Positions 1-9,715 are shown, counted from the stretch's first letter. The stretch: DNA of 64,000 bases from Candidatus Eiseniibacteriota bacterium (GCA_031370785.1 JANMQY010000114.1:32001-96000); one strand, 5' to 3'. Numbers and translations are program-made. The notes: generated from the sequence alone by a model not told the origin.

Positions 1-1938
1 GCGCACCCGCTCGACGCCGATCATTCCGCCGCCCTCGCGCACCCGCTCCCCGACCCACGCCAGCGCGGGATCGCGCGGCTCGTCGCGCTCCCCCGCGAGC
101 ACCCACACCGTCGCGGGCGCGACGTTTCCGGCGCGCACCTCACCCCATGCGAGCCGGGCGGCGAGCGGTGAGCTGTGATCGCCGGCACGCCAGCGCGCAC
201 GCCACGCCGAACACGCAGTGGCGACATCGCCACGGCGCGCCGCGGCGTCTCCTTCGCCACTTCCGCTCGCCTCTCCTGCATGCGGCGAGAACAGCACGAT
301 CAGAGCCACCGCGGCGAGCATGAGCGCTACCGCCGCGAACCTCATCGGCAGCGGAGAGCGCGCCTCAGCCAGTGCCTGCGAGAGGTGCTCGATCAGGCTG
401 CGCCGCACCGATTCCGGATCCGCCGCCTGGCCGCCATAGCGCGACGCGGCGATCTGGCGCCTCAGGTTTTTGACCGGTCTGCCGCGGCTCTCGAGCCACA
501 CGCTCGCCTCTTCGGCGATGCGCCAGAAGTCGCCGCCGCGCGCAAGACCGACCGCGCGCAGCCACTCGCGCTGCTGCGCCCGCTCTGGCTCGCCGGCGCC
601 GGAACGCGACGCCCGCCGCCACAGCGCCAGCGCCGCACCCAGCGCGAGCCCCGCGATCGCGAACGCCCACGGCTGCGCATGGCGTGCTCCGGGGCCGGGG
701 AACGGATGGTCCTGAAACACTCGCGGGAAGCTCTCTTCGCCGGTGCTCGCGGTGTTGAGCGGTGGACCCACTTCGAGCGTGGCCGGTGCGAGGTCGGCGC
801 GCCGGTAGACGCCCGCGACCGGATCGAACCACACGAACTGCGGCGGCTCGATCTCGATCCGCCCCTCTCGACGCGGCAGCACCGTCCACTGGAAGCGGCG
901 CCGGCCGGGCGTGCTGGTGCCCGGCGCGGCGAGGCTGTCGTCCACCGTTCCCGCGAACACTTCGACCGCGTCGCTCTCCAGCTTCGGCACGTGAAGCAGC
1001 GGCAGGTTTCCGACCCCACGCACTTCCAGTCTGGCGGAGGCCGGCACGTCTCGTGCGGTCGAAGCGCGATCGATGCTCCAGCTCACCTCGAGCACCCCGA
1101 CCGCGCCGTCGAAGCCCCTGGGGGCTCCCGGCGGCAGCGGACGCACCGTGACCTTGACCGGGGCGCTGCGCACGATGACCTGGCGGCGCGGAACCCGGCC
1201 GCCGATCCAGAGCGAGGGATCGTCGCCAGAACCCGCGAGCGCGAGCGCCGCCACGGCTTCGCCGATGGTGGCCGTGCCCGGGGCCAGCGGATAGAGCCGG
1301 GCGCGGGTCTCGGTCACGAGCACGCGGCGCGTGCCCTCGGCCGCGAAGAACGACTCGGCGCGGCTGGCTCCCTCGGCCCAGAAGCCGGGCGTGGGGGGCG
1401 GCACGTACGAGGGATCCTCGGAGAGCGGCGCGCGTTGAATGAGGCGCACCCGCATGAGGACGGGTTGCCCGACATACGGCCGTGACGGCTCGGCGTTCAC
1501 GATCAGCGAGGCGGGCCCGGCGCCTCCTCCTCCGTCGCCGGCGCTCAGCCGGGTCGATGCGGCGGTGACGGTGAGCGTCAGCGACGGCGCGGTCAGCGCT
1601 CTGCCGCCCGCGCTGACCCGGAACGGTCCGATGGTGAATTGTCCGGCCGCGTTCGCGCCCAGGTCGTAGCGGAACACGGTCTCGTTGGTGGACCGCCCGT
1701 TCACCCACGTGAAGTTCTGAAGGCGTCCGCTGCTCAGGATCTCGAGCCCGGGCGGCACCGGAAACAACGGATCATCCGGGGACCCCGCGCCACGCACCGT
1801 GATCTGCAGGGTCACGCTCTCGCCGACCGCGATCGTGCTGCGCGAAACCGTGGCGGTGAGCTCGGGCGCGGCCTGAGCGGCCCCGAGCGAGGGCGTGCCC
1901 GAGAGCAGCGCCAGCGCCAGCGCGATCAGCATCCGCAT
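1..1938 (-). CDS. batD: BatD-family protein with a C-terminal TM + TPR-like (BatE-like) extension; 3' end runs off the window
   Basis: Not in the ORF track, consistent with no stop inside the window. Manual translation from ATG 1938 (alternative GTG 1956) gives MRMLIALALALLSGTPSLGAAQAAPELTATVSRSTIAVGESVTLQITVRG...NFTWVNGRSTNETVFRY...PYVGQPV...PLPPGAPRGFDGAVG, typical of BatD. The frame is also open at 1-360 (hydrophobic stretch, then ...EPRDPAL...). Directly follows batB/C. Confidence 0.8.
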   Translation of the reverse strand, partial: MRMLIALALALLSGTPSLGAAQAAPELTATVSRSTIAVGESVTLQITVRGAGSPDDPLFPVPPGLEILSSGRLQNFTWVNGRSTNETVFRYDLGANAAGQFTIGPFRVSAGGRALTAPSLTLTVTAASTRLSAGDGGGGAGPASLIVNAEPSRPYVGQPVLMRVRLIQRAPLSEDPSYVPPPTPGFWAEGASRAESFFAAEGTRRVLVTETRARLYPLAPGTATIGEAVAALALAGSGDDPSLWIGGRVPRRQVIVRSAPVKVTVRPLPPGAPRGFDGAVGVLEVSWSIDRASTARDVPASARLEVRGVGNLPLLHVPKLESDAVEVFAGTVDDSLAAPGTSTPGRRRFQWTVLPRREGRIEIEPPQFVWFDPVAGVYRRADLAPATLEVGPPLNTASTGEESFPRVFQDHPFPGPGARHAQPWAFAIAGLALGAALALWRRASRSGAGEPERAQQREWLRAVGLARGGDFWRIAEEASVWLESRGRPVKNLRRQIAASRYGGQAADPESVRRSLIEHLSQALAEARSPLPMRFAAVALMLAAVALIVLFSPHAGEASGSGEGDAAARRGDVATACSAWRARWRAGDHSSPLAARLAWGEVRAGNVAPATVWVLAGERDEPRDPALAWVGERVREGGGMIGVERVR

Positions 1939-1958
1939 CGGCCCGCCGGCGCGCACGG

Positions 1959-3689
1959 CTACCAATCCTTGCCGCGCTTCTCGCGCATCACCCGCACCTT
2001 GCGCTGGCGCTGCTGGTCCATGCGTGCCTGCTCGGTGAGCGCATCGAGCAGCTGATCCGCCTGTGCTCGATTCATTTGCTGACCTGCCCCACCCTGCGGG
2101 CGCTCGGTCCCCGAGCCCTGCGGGGTGGGCTGCGGCGCCTGCGGCAGCGGACTCTGCGGCGCATTCGAACTGCTGCCTCCGCTCTGTGGCTTTGGCTGCG
2201 GAGTTCCGGGCTTCGGCTGTTGCGGCCGGTTGCGATCCTGGGATTTCTCGCGCTCGCGCCTCTTCATCAGCACTTCGTAGTTCCAGCGCGCATCCACGTC
2301 GCGCGGATCGCGCTCGATCTCGCGGCGCAGCTCGGCCAGCGCCTCGTCGTAGGCCCTGCGCTCCCCGAGCAGCGTGCCGAGGTTGTAGAGCGCCGCGCGC
2401 CCCGCCGCATCGTTGCGCGCTGCCAGGCGCTTCAGTTCGTTCTCGGCTTCCTCCAGCTTGCCGGCGCGCGCGCGCGCCGTCGCCAGGTTCACCGCCAGCG
2501 CGCGCTTCGATCCCTGCTTCATGCGCCGGGCGTACAGCGATTCCGCGGCCGGCCAGTCGCCGGCACGGAACGCGCGGTCGCCACGCGCCCACGCACTCTG
2601 TGCGTGAGCGGGCGCGGCGGTGCAGAGCACGAGCACGGCTGCCGCGGCTGCCGCCAGCGCGTGGGGCTTGAGGCGCCGTTCCTCGCGCTCGGTCAGGCGC
2701 CGTTTCGGGCGCACGGTGTCGGCGAGGAGCAACAGCGCGGCGAGCAGCGCACACAGCGGGAAGCGCGACACCGGACGCTCCACCAGGCGCTGGCCGCGGC
2801 CCGAGCGCGAGACGCTGGAGAGCGCCCCGAGCAACCGCGGCAGCTCGCCGCCCGGGCGTGAGGCCGCGAAGTAACCACCGCGCGTGCGACGGGCCAGGTC
2901 GCGCAGCAGCGCTTCGTCGAGCCGGCTCCGCACCGGGCCGCCGCTCTCGTCGCGCTTCACGTCCACCGCGCGGCCCTGATCGTCGAGCACCGGCACCACG
3001 TCGCCGGCGACGGTGCCCACGCCCACCGCGAACACCCGGATGCCGGTGCGCGCCACCTCGTCGATCGCGGCGCGCGCGCCATGCTCCAGATCCTCGCCGT
3101 CGGTCCAGATCACGATCGCCTGCTCCTCGCGCCGGCCGGCCGGCATGAGCTGCGCGGCGCGGCGCAGCGCGCGGCCGATGTCGGTGCCGGGGTCGCTCAC
3201 GCTCGCGCTCGAGAGTGATTCCAGCGTGAGCCGGACCGCACCGCGATCGAGGGTCAGCGGGCACAGCCTCACCGCGTCCCCGGCGAACGCCACCACTCCG
3301 ACCCGGCTTCCTTCGAGGCGGTCGACCACCGCGAGCGCCTCGCGGCGCGCCTCCTCGAGCCGGCTCGGCGGAACGTCCCGCGCGTCCATGCTAGCGGAGA
3401 CGTCGATCACCAGCACCACGTCCGAGCCAGTGGCGCCACGCCGCACCACCTCGCGCCCCCACTGCGGATCGGCGGCCCCGACGATCAGCAGTGCGAGCGC
3501 GGCGGCACGGAGCGCGAGACCGACGCGGCGCTGGCCCGGTCGCCGCTGCGCGAGCAGCGGACTGTCCTTGCGTTCTCCGACCAGGCGCCGGAGCCCGACC
3601 TCGGCGCGCCGGAGCGCGCGCCACTCCAGCGCCAGCACCGGCAGCAGTGCGACCAGCAGCCAGAGCCATCTGGGATTCGAGAAGATCAT
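1959..3689 (-). CDS. batB: BatB-BatC fusion: N-terminal TM, VWA domain, TPR repeats, Q/P-rich linker, KDW C-terminus
   Basis: DVSASM MIDAS motif, AFAG, TDGED; TPR segment with YNLG; C-terminal GKDW typical of BatC. Confidence 0.85.
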   Translation of the reverse strand: MIFSNPRWLWLLVALLPVLALEWRALRRAEVGLRRLVGERKDSPLLAQRRPGQRRVGLALRAAALALLIVGAADPQWGREVVRRGATGSDVVLVIDVSASMDARDVPPSRLEEARREALAVVDRLEGSRVGVVAFAGDAVRLCPLTLDRGAVRLTLESLSSASVSDPGTDIGRALRRAAQLMPAGRREEQAIVIWTDGEDLEHGARAAIDEVARTGIRVFAVGVGTVAGDVVPVLDDQGRAVDVKRDESGGPVRSRLDEALLRDLARRTRGGYFAASRPGGELPRLLGALSSVSRSGRGQRLVERPVSRFPLCALLAALLLLADTVRPKRRLTEREERRLKPHALAAAAAAVLVLCTAAPAHAQSAWARGDRAFRAGDWPAAESLYARRMKQGSKRALAVNLATARARAGKLEEAENELKRLAARNDAAGRAALYNLGTLLGERRAYDEALAELRREIERDPRDVDARWNYEVLMKRREREKSQDRNRPQQPKPGTPQPKPQSGGSSSNAPQSPLPQAPQPTPQGSGTERPQGGAGQQMNRAQADQLLDALTEQARMDQQRQRKVRVMREKRGKDW

Positions 3690-3768
3690 CGCGCTCCCCT
3701 CATCGGACTCCCCTCATCGCGCTCCTCTCAATCGGGCTCCCCTCATCGCGCTCATCGGGCTCCCTCAT
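3687..3768 (-). repeat. Imperfect tandem repeat, about 6 copies of ATGAGGGGAGYSCG (about 14 bp)
   Basis: Minus strand reads ATGAGGGAGCCCG ATGAGCGCG ATGAGGGGAGCCCG ATTGAGAGGAGCGCG ATGAGGGGAGTCCG ATGAGGGGAGCGCG ATG(ATC). Confidence 0.85.
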
Positions 3769-4745
3769 GGCAGGCGGAACGCGAACGAGGTGACGCCGAG
3801 CGCATACAGCAGGATCAGCAACGCGGCCGCGCCCAGCAGCAGCGGCCCCAGGTCGCGGTATTCCCGGTACTCGATGGAGCGGATCGGGGCGCGCTCGAGG
3901 CGATCGATCGCCGAATAGATCTGGGCGAGCGCTTCCGGGTCCTGCGCGCGGAAGAATCGCCCGCCGGTGCGCTGAGCGATATCGCGAAGGGATCCCTCGT
4001 CGACGTCCATGCGCACCATCTCGATCCTCTGCCCGAGCAGCGGGTCGTCGACCGGGACCGGGACCACGCCGCCACGCCCGACGAGCACGGTGTAGACCTT
4101 GATTCCCAGTGCGCGCGCGACGTCGGACGCGGTCGAGGGATCGATCGCGCCGCGGTTGTTCTGGCCGTCGGTGAGCAGGATCACCACCTTGCTCGGAGTC
4201 TTGCTCTCGCGCAGCCCAGCGACCGCGGTCGCCAGCCCCATCCCGATCGCGGTGCCGTCCTCGGCCAGGCCGAAGTCGAGCGCATCGAGCAGGTCGACGA
4301 GCGCGTTGTGGTCGAGGGTGAGCGGGCACTGTGTGAATGCGGTCGCAGCGAATGCCACCAGCCCGATCCGGTCGTGCGGCCGCTGCTTCACGAAGTCGCG
4401 CGCGGTCTCCTTGGCGACGTTGAGCCGGTTGAGCGGCCGGAAGTCCTGAGCGGCCATGCTCGGCGAGATGTCGATCGCGAGCATGATGTCCACTCCTCGC
4501 GTCTCGGTCTCACTCTGGGAGACGCCCTGCTGCGGGCGCGCCACAGCAGCGAGCGCCAGCACGAGCGCGAGCCAGGGCAGCGCCGCGACGACCCCGAGCA
4601 GCACGCCGCTAACCGACGGATATCGGGGCGGTGCGACCGCCCACAGCACCGCTGCCGGGCGCGCCGCCCCGCGCCTTCGCCACCACGCCGCGAGCGGGAT
4701 CGCGAGCAGCGCCAGAAGCCACCACGGAGATTCCCAGCGCATCAC
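3765..4745 (-). CDS. batA: BatA VWA-domain protein
   Basis: N-terminal BatA hydrophobic segment; GVDIMLAIDISPSM, NRL, GTAIGMGLATAV, LLTDGQNN; C-terminal TM. Confidence 0.9.
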   Translation of the reverse strand: MMRWESPWWLLALLAIPLAAWWRRRGAARPAAVLWAVAPPRYPSVSGVLLGVVAALPWLALVLALAAVARPQQGVSQSETETRGVDIMLAIDISPSMAAQDFRPLNRLNVAKETARDFVKQRPHDRIGLVAFAATAFTQCPLTLDHNALVDLLDALDFGLAEDGTAIGMGLATAVAGLRESKTPSKVVILLTDGQNNRGAIDPSTASDVARALGIKVYTVLVGRGGVVPVPVDDPLLGQRIEMVRMDVDEGSLRDIAQRTGGRFFRAQDPEALAQIYSAIDRLERAPIRSIEYREYRDLGPLLLGAAALLILLYALGVTSFAFRLP

Positions 4746-5734
4746 GCCACCCGTCGCGGTTCGGCCGCCGGAACCGACCGTCGCACCAGCTCTGCGGCTT
4801 CAGCCTCGGCCCGATGCGCCTCTTCGACCGTGCTTGCGGCGCGCGCGAACTTGACCCGGTCCCACATGCGCAGCAGCACTTCGAGCCGCGGCAGCGCGCC
4901 GGGCGTCAGGCGTGCGTTCTCGAGCTCGGTGAGCAGCTCGGTGGTGGTATGCCCGGGCCGCGCGACTAAGGCGGTGGCTTCGAGGAATCGACGTACGATC
5001 CGGGTGAGCTGAAAGGCGTGGTCCGCGAAGCGGCCCTGCTCCGGAAGGTTCAGTCGGCGCAGCGCGGCCAGCTCGGCCAGCGCCTCGGCCGCCGGATCGC
5101 GCAGGCGCGGGGCGGCCGGAGCGAGAGCGGGAGCCGGACGCCTCTTGCGCAGCCAGCGGATCAGCGCGATCAGGAGCGCGACGATCAGCGCCCCCGCCGC
5201 GACCTTGAGCCACGGCACGCGCTCCCACCACGGCGCGCCGAGCGGGCCGCGCAGTCCGCGCAGCTCGGCGTTGCTATCGGCCGCGGCGACCAGAGCGACC
5301 ACCGTCAGCTTCAAGCTCGGCAGGCGCTGCACGATCGGCCCTGAGCCTTCGTCGACTTCGAAGCGTAGCCCGGGCACGGTGAGAATCCCGGTCGCGAACG
5401 CCTGTACCGACGTCTCGATCACGACCGTGTCCCGGAGCATTCGCCGCGATCTCGTCCCCGAAGGCTCGGGGACGCGGCGCGCGCTCAACGGACCCCAGCT
5501 GAGCGCGCCGCCAGGCTCGACCGGGAGCCAGCGCGCGCGCACGTCGTGTGGCACCACGATCCAGCCTCGATACTCGAGCCGCTCGCCGAGGCGCGCCTGC
5601 TTGCGCGAAAGGGCCGCGTGCGCCGGAATCTGCAGGGCGGCCGCCCGCGTCTGCCCGGCGAGCATCACCGCCAGCGCAAGCACCAGCATTGTCGCCGCGG
5701 CCGGGCGCATTCCGGGTGCGCGCGCCGGGCTCAT
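4742..5734 (-). CDS. Bat-operon hypothetical membrane protein (signal peptide, Ig-like region, TM, helical tail)
   Basis: Position between DUF58 and batA; motifs such as HTTTELL and DRVKFAR match the conserved hypothetical at this position; ATGA overlaps on both sides. Start may be 5710. Confidence 0.7.
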   Translation of the reverse strand: MSPARAPGMRPAAATMLVLALAVMLAGQTRAAALQIPAHAALSRKQARLGERLEYRGWIVVPHDVRARWLPVEPGGALSWGPLSARRVPEPSGTRSRRMLRDTVVIETSVQAFATGILTVPGLRFEVDEGSGPIVQRLPSLKLTVVALVAAADSNAELRGLRGPLGAPWWERVPWLKVAAGALIVALLIALIRWLRKRRPAPALAPAAPRLRDPAAEALAELAALRRLNLPEQGRFADHAFQLTRIVRRFLEATALVARPGHTTTELLTELENARLTPGALPRLEVLLRMWDRVKFARAASTVEEAHRAEAEAAELVRRSVPAAEPRRVA

Positions 5735-6615
5735 CCCACCGCCCGGGTGCGGCGCCGGCGATTGAAGTAGCGCATGAGCGTCGGAATGTAGTTGCGATCG
5801 GTGCGCAGCTCGAGCATCGAGCAGCGGGCCTGGGTCAGCACCTGCTCGGCGGCACGCAGGCGCGCGCGCGCGTTCCTCTGGTACGCCTCGCGCACGCGGC
5901 GGTCCGAGGTGTCGACCAGCGTGCGCCGCCCGCTCTCGAGATCCTCGAGCTCGACCCAGCCGACGGCCGGGAGCGCCTCATCGCGCGGATCGCGCAGCAG
6001 CATGGCGGTCACATCGTGGCGGCGGCCGAGCACGCGCCAGTCGCGCAGGTTCAGGCGGTCCTCGAAATCCGAGATCCAGAACACCAGGCTCCGGCGGCGC
6101 TGGGTCCGGGTCACGAATCCGGTGGCCTGGGACAACCGCGTCCCGCCTTTCTCCGGCTCGGCTCCGAGCACGTCGCGCAGCAGGCGCAGCAGGTGGGTGC
6201 GCCCGCGCCCCGGTCGGACGAAGTGTTCGACCTGCTCGGCCGCCAGCACCAGCCCGACCTTGTCGTTGTTGCGCATCGCGGCGAACCCGAGGATCGCGCA
6301 CAGCTCGGCCGCGAGCTCGCGTTTCTCCTGCCCGGCGGTGCCGAAGCGCATCGAGCGCGAGATGTCGACGACCAGGATCACCGACAGCTCGCGCTCCTCG
6401 ACGAAGCGCTTGACGAACGGAGCGCCGAAGCGCGCGCTCACGTTCCAGTCGATGTCGCGCACCTCATCGCCAGGCACGTAGTGGCGCACTTCCTCGAATT
6501 CGACGCCGCGCCCCTTGAAGACGCTCTCGCTGTGCCCCGCGAAAAGGTCTTCCACCAGGTGGCGGCTGCGGATCTCGAGCCGGCGGACCTTGCGCAGCAA
6601 TTCCGCGGTCTGCAT
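5731..6615 (-). CDS. DUF58 domain protein (MoxR-associated)
   Basis: FKGRGVEFEEVRHYVPGDEVRDIDWNVSAR...FVEERE signature. Confidence 0.92.
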   Translation of the reverse strand: MQTAELLRKVRRLEIRSRHLVEDLFAGHSESVFKGRGVEFEEVRHYVPGDEVRDIDWNVSARFGAPFVKRFVEERELSVILVVDISRSMRFGTAGQEKRELAAELCAILGFAAMRNNDKVGLVLAAEQVEHFVRPGRGRTHLLRLLRDVLGAEPEKGGTRLSQATGFVTRTQRRRSLVFWISDFEDRLNLRDWRVLGRRHDVTAMLLRDPRDEALPAVGWVELEDLESGRRTLVDTSDRRVREAYQRNARARLRAAEQVLTQARCSMLELRTDRNYIPTLMRYFNRRRRTRAVG

Positions 6616-7601
6616 CAGGGCACGCGCACCTGCTCCAGGATGCGGCGGGCCACCTCTTCCCCGCTCACGCCTTCGGCTTCTGCCTCGTATGAAACCTGGA
6701 TGCGATGGCGCAGGACGTCGGGTGCAATCGCCTTCACGTCCTCGGGCAGCACGTAGGCGCGGCCGGCAAGCAGCGCGAGCGCCTGCGCGCCGCGCACCAG
6801 GAACAGGGTCGCCCGCGGCGAGGCACCGAACGCGATCAGGTTCTCGAGCGCGAGGCCGAAGTCGCGCGGGCGGCGGGTCGCGCTCACCACATCGAGCACG
6901 TAGTCCTGGATCTTCTCGTCGACGTAGACGCTGGCGAGCGCCGCCCGTGCTTCGAGCACGTCCGCGCGCGAAGCCTGAGGAGTGAGGGTGGGCAGCGCCG
7001 CGAGCCCGGCACGCTTGAGGATCTGCTTCTCCTCGCCACGGTCGGGATAGCCCACGCGCACCTTGAGCATGAAGCGGTCGCTCTGCGCCTCTGGCAGGTT
7101 GTAGGTGCCCTCCTGCTCGATCGGATTCTGCGTGGCGAGCACCAGGAACGGCTCTTCCAGCGGGTGGCTCTCATCGCCGAGCGTCACCTGGCGCTCCTGC
7201 ATCGCCTCGAGCAGCGCGGACTGGACCTTGGCCGGCGCGCGGTTGATCTCGTCGGCCAGCACGAGATTCGCAAACACCGGGCCGCGCTTGGCGGTGAACG
7301 ATCCATCGCGCGGGTTGTAGATGAGCGTCCCGGTGAGATCGGCGGGGAGCAGGTCGGGAGTGAACTGGATGCGGCGGAACTTGAGCGCGAGCGCATCGGC
7401 GAGGCTCTTGACGGCGAGGGTCTTGGCCAGTCCCGGCACGCCCTCGAGGAGCACGTGCCCGCCGGCGACGAGCCCCACGAGCAGGCGGTCGACCATCACC
7501 CGCTGCCCGACCACCGCGCGCGCCACTTCATCGCGAACCTTGCCGAGAATCTCCCCGGCGCGCTCGACCTTCAGAGCGGCTTCCTTGGACTCCACCGTCA
7601 T
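6615..7601 (-). CDS. moxR: MoxR-family AAA+ ATPase
   Basis: GHVLLEGVPGLAKT, RIQFTPDLLPAD, LADEINRAPAKVQSALLEAMQERQVT, ATQNPIEQEGTY. Start moved to ATG 7601, which has a GGGGAG SD. Confidence 0.95.
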   Translation of the reverse strand: MTVESKEAALKVERAGEILGKVRDEVARAVVGQRVMVDRLLVGLVAGGHVLLEGVPGLAKTLAVKSLADALALKFRRIQFTPDLLPADLTGTLIYNPRDGSFTAKRGPVFANLVLADEINRAPAKVQSALLEAMQERQVTLGDESHPLEEPFLVLATQNPIEQEGTYNLPEAQSDRFMLKVRVGYPDRGEEKQILKRAGLAALPTLTPQASRADVLEARAALASVYVDEKIQDYVLDVVSATRRPRDFGLALENLIAFGASPRATLFLVRGAQALALLAGRAYVLPEDVKAIAPDVLRHRIQVSYEAEAEGVSGEEVARRILEQVRVP

Positions 7602-7682
7602 GGCTCCCCCGCTGGCCCCGAAAACGCCTCCTTCAGACCGGGACACCGGCCGAGGAGGCACGCATCCACCGAAACGGAGCGC

Positions 7683-7711
7683 AGTATAGCCAAGGCTCGC
7701 GTGTGGTCCAG
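7683..7711 (-). promoter_or_regulatory. Putative sigma70 promoter of the moxR/bat operon
   Basis: TATACT -10 at 7683-7688 in a GC-rich context; -35 is weak (CTGGAC/TGGACC). Confidence 0.45.
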
Positions 7712-7848
7712 TCGACCCACCAGGGTCCGGGAGAAACGAGGGGAACTGCGGGCGCTTCCGGTGGGTTGGCGCACGTTCGTCCCGGAGTGCGCCTCGGGTC
7801 GGTGGCCGCGGCCGCTACTGCTCCGCGATCAGAGGCCGGGCCCCGCGC

Positions 7849-8262
7849 TCAGGCGGCGCGGTCGAACAGAGAGGGCTGGAAAGTCTTCATCGCCCCTGCC
7901 ACGGCACGAGCCGGGTTCGCCCATGCGGCGAGTGCCTGGCGCGCGTCGAGGATCTCGAAGGGGGGCTCGATCGACTCGATCCACTCGAGCCGGGAGAGCG
8001 CGCGCTCCACCCGCGAGGAGGCCTCCCAGTCCCGGGGTTCCTGCGCCAGCGCGCGCGCCATCAGCTGGTGCACGCGGACTCTGGCGAGGCGTTCGAGTTC
8101 GTACTCGGCGCGGCACGCGAGCGCGGCGCGTTCCAGCAGCGCATCGGCTCCGCGCGGGTCGCGAGCGGCGAGCGCGGTCAGGCCGAGCCGATGGAGACCC
8201 GCCGCGGGGAACAGCCCGGGGGCGAGAAAGGCGACCTTCCGGAGCAGCGGCGAGACAGGCAC
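7849..8262 (-). CDS. Hypothetical helical protein (about 137 aa)
   Basis: Fills the glyA-moxR gap. GGAGG SD before GTG 8262 (ORF track starts at 8379). No recognisable family. Confidence 0.65.
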   Translation of the reverse strand: MPVSPLLRKVAFLAPGLFPAAGLHRLGLTALAARDPRGADALLERAALACRAEYELERLARVRVHQLMARALAQEPRDWEASSRVERALSRLEWIESIEPPFEILDARQALAAWANPARAVAGAMKTFQPSLFDRAA

Positions 8263-8305
8263 GGGATGGACCTCCGGTGGGACGCGAGGGGACGAGGGAA
8301 AAGCT

Positions 8306-8321
8306 TGCACGATCGGTGCCA
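8306..8321 (-). promoter_or_regulatory. Putative sigma54 (-24/-12) promoter
   Basis: TGGCACCGATCGTGCA against consensus TGGCACG-N4-TTGCW, with GG/GC spacing exact; about 44 nt upstream of the GTG start at 8262. Confidence 0.6.
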
Positions 8322-8455
8322 CCAAAGAACTCGAACTCATGAGCCCAAGTCGTTTGATGGTCGCGATCTCTGAGTGCACTGCACCAGGCTACCCGGGCGG
8401 CGTTGCAACCTGACCTCGTGGGGGCGCAGCGTGCACGACCCGCCAGGGAGGAGAG

Positions 8456-9709
8456 CTAGCGCAGCACCGGCTCCCACGCGAACAGCGGGTAACCGGAGGT
8501 GAGCTCGAGCACCTCGCGCTCGACCTCGCGCGCCACCGAGGCGTCTTCGGGCTTCTCGAGGATGCGCGCGATCCAGTCGGCGATCAGCCGCATTTCGTCG
8601 GTCCCGAACCCGCGCGTGGTGAGCGCCGGGGTTCCGAGCCGGACGCCGCTCGTGACCCACGGCTTCTGCGGGTCGTTCGGCACCGCGTTCTTGTTCACGG
8701 TGATGCGGCCGCGGTGCAGCGCCTCCTCGGCGGTCTTGCCGGTCATGGAGCGCCGGCGCAGATCCATCAGCACGAGATGATTGTCGGTGCCGCCCGAGAC
8801 CAGGTCGAACCCGCGCTCGACCAGCGCCTCGGCGAGTGTGCGCGCGTTGTCCACGACTCTCTGCTGGTAGCCTCGGAATCCATCCGTCAGCGCTTCGCCG
8901 AAGCACACCGCCTTGGCCGCGATGACGTGCATCAACGGTCCTCCCTGCAGTCCCGGGAACACGCTCTTGTCGAGCTTCTCGGCGAGCGCGGCGCGACACA
9001 GCACCACCCCGCCGCGCGGGCCGCGCAGCGTCTTGTGCGTGGTGGTGGTCACCATCGCCGCGTGCGGCACCGGGCTCGGATGGAGGCCGGTCGCGACCAG
9101 CCCGGCGATGTGCGCCATGTCCACCACCAGCGTCGCGCCCACTTCGTCGGCAATCGCGCCGAGGCGCGCGAAGTCGATGATGCGCGGGTAGGCGCTCGCG
9201 CCCGCGACCAGGATCCGCGGCCGATGCTGCCTGGCAAGCGCCTCGACCGCATCGTAGTCGATGCGTCCATCCTCGGGACGGACGCCATATTGCACCGCTT
9301 TCCACAGCTTGCCCGTGATCGAAACCGGATGGCCGTGGGTCAGGTGGCCGCCGTGAGCCAGGCTCATGCCGAGCAAGGTATCGCCCGGCTCCGAGACTGC
9401 GAGGTAGGCGGCAAGATTGGCAGAGGCCCCGGAGTGCGGCTGCACGTTCGCGTGGTCGGCGCCGAACAGCAGCCTCAGCCGTTCGAGCGCGAGCGTCTCC
9501 GCCACGTCCACGAACTCGCAGCCGCCGTAGTAGCGCTTCTTCGGCAGCCCTTCGGCGTACTTGTTGGTCATCACCGAGCCCTGCGCCTCGAGCACCGCAG
9601 GGCTCACGAAATTCTCGGACGCGATGAGCTCGAGGGTCTGCATCTCGCGCAGGCGCTCGCCTTCGATGGCATCGGCGATCCTGGGATCCTGAGAGCGAAG
9701 TTCGGACAA
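8456..9709 (-). CDS. glyA: Serine hydroxymethyltransferase
   Basis: [38 protein letters not shown]. Confidence 0.98.
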   Translation of the reverse strand: MSELRSQDPRIADAIEGERLREMQTLELIASENFVSPAVLEAQGSVMTNKYAEGLPKKRYYGGCEFVDVAETLALERLRLLFGADHANVQPHSGASANLAAYLAVSEPGDTLLGMSLAHGGHLTHGHPVSITGKLWKAVQYGVRPEDGRIDYDAVEALARQHRPRILVAGASAYPRIIDFARLGAIADEVGATLVVDMAHIAGLVATGLHPSPVPHAAMVTTTTHKTLRGPRGGVVLCRAALAEKLDKSVFPGLQGGPLMHVIAAKAVCFGEALTDGFRGYQQRVVDNARTLAEALVERGFDLVSGGTDNHLVLMDLRRRSMTGKTAEEALHRGRITVNKNAVPNDPQKPWVTSGVRLGTPALTTRGFGTDEMRLIADWIARILEKPEDASVAREVEREVLELTSGYPLFAWEPVLR

Positions 9710-9715
9710 GGGGAC

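Noticed and set aside
365..1708. ORF-track minus-strand ORF of 447 aa and plus-strand ORF 175..1485
   Set aside because: Wrong frame or strand; the real CDS is the BatD frame starting at 1938/1956.
3687..3768. Possible mini-CRISPR
   Set aside because: Units are about 14 bp, contiguous, without unique spacers, and there are no cas genes.
8346..8380. IHF site (CAAGTCGTTTGAT) and CIRCE-like half site (GAGTGCAC) upstream of the sigma54 motif
   Set aside because: The IHF match has wrong spacing by one base and the CIRCE lacks its other half; both are too weak to call.
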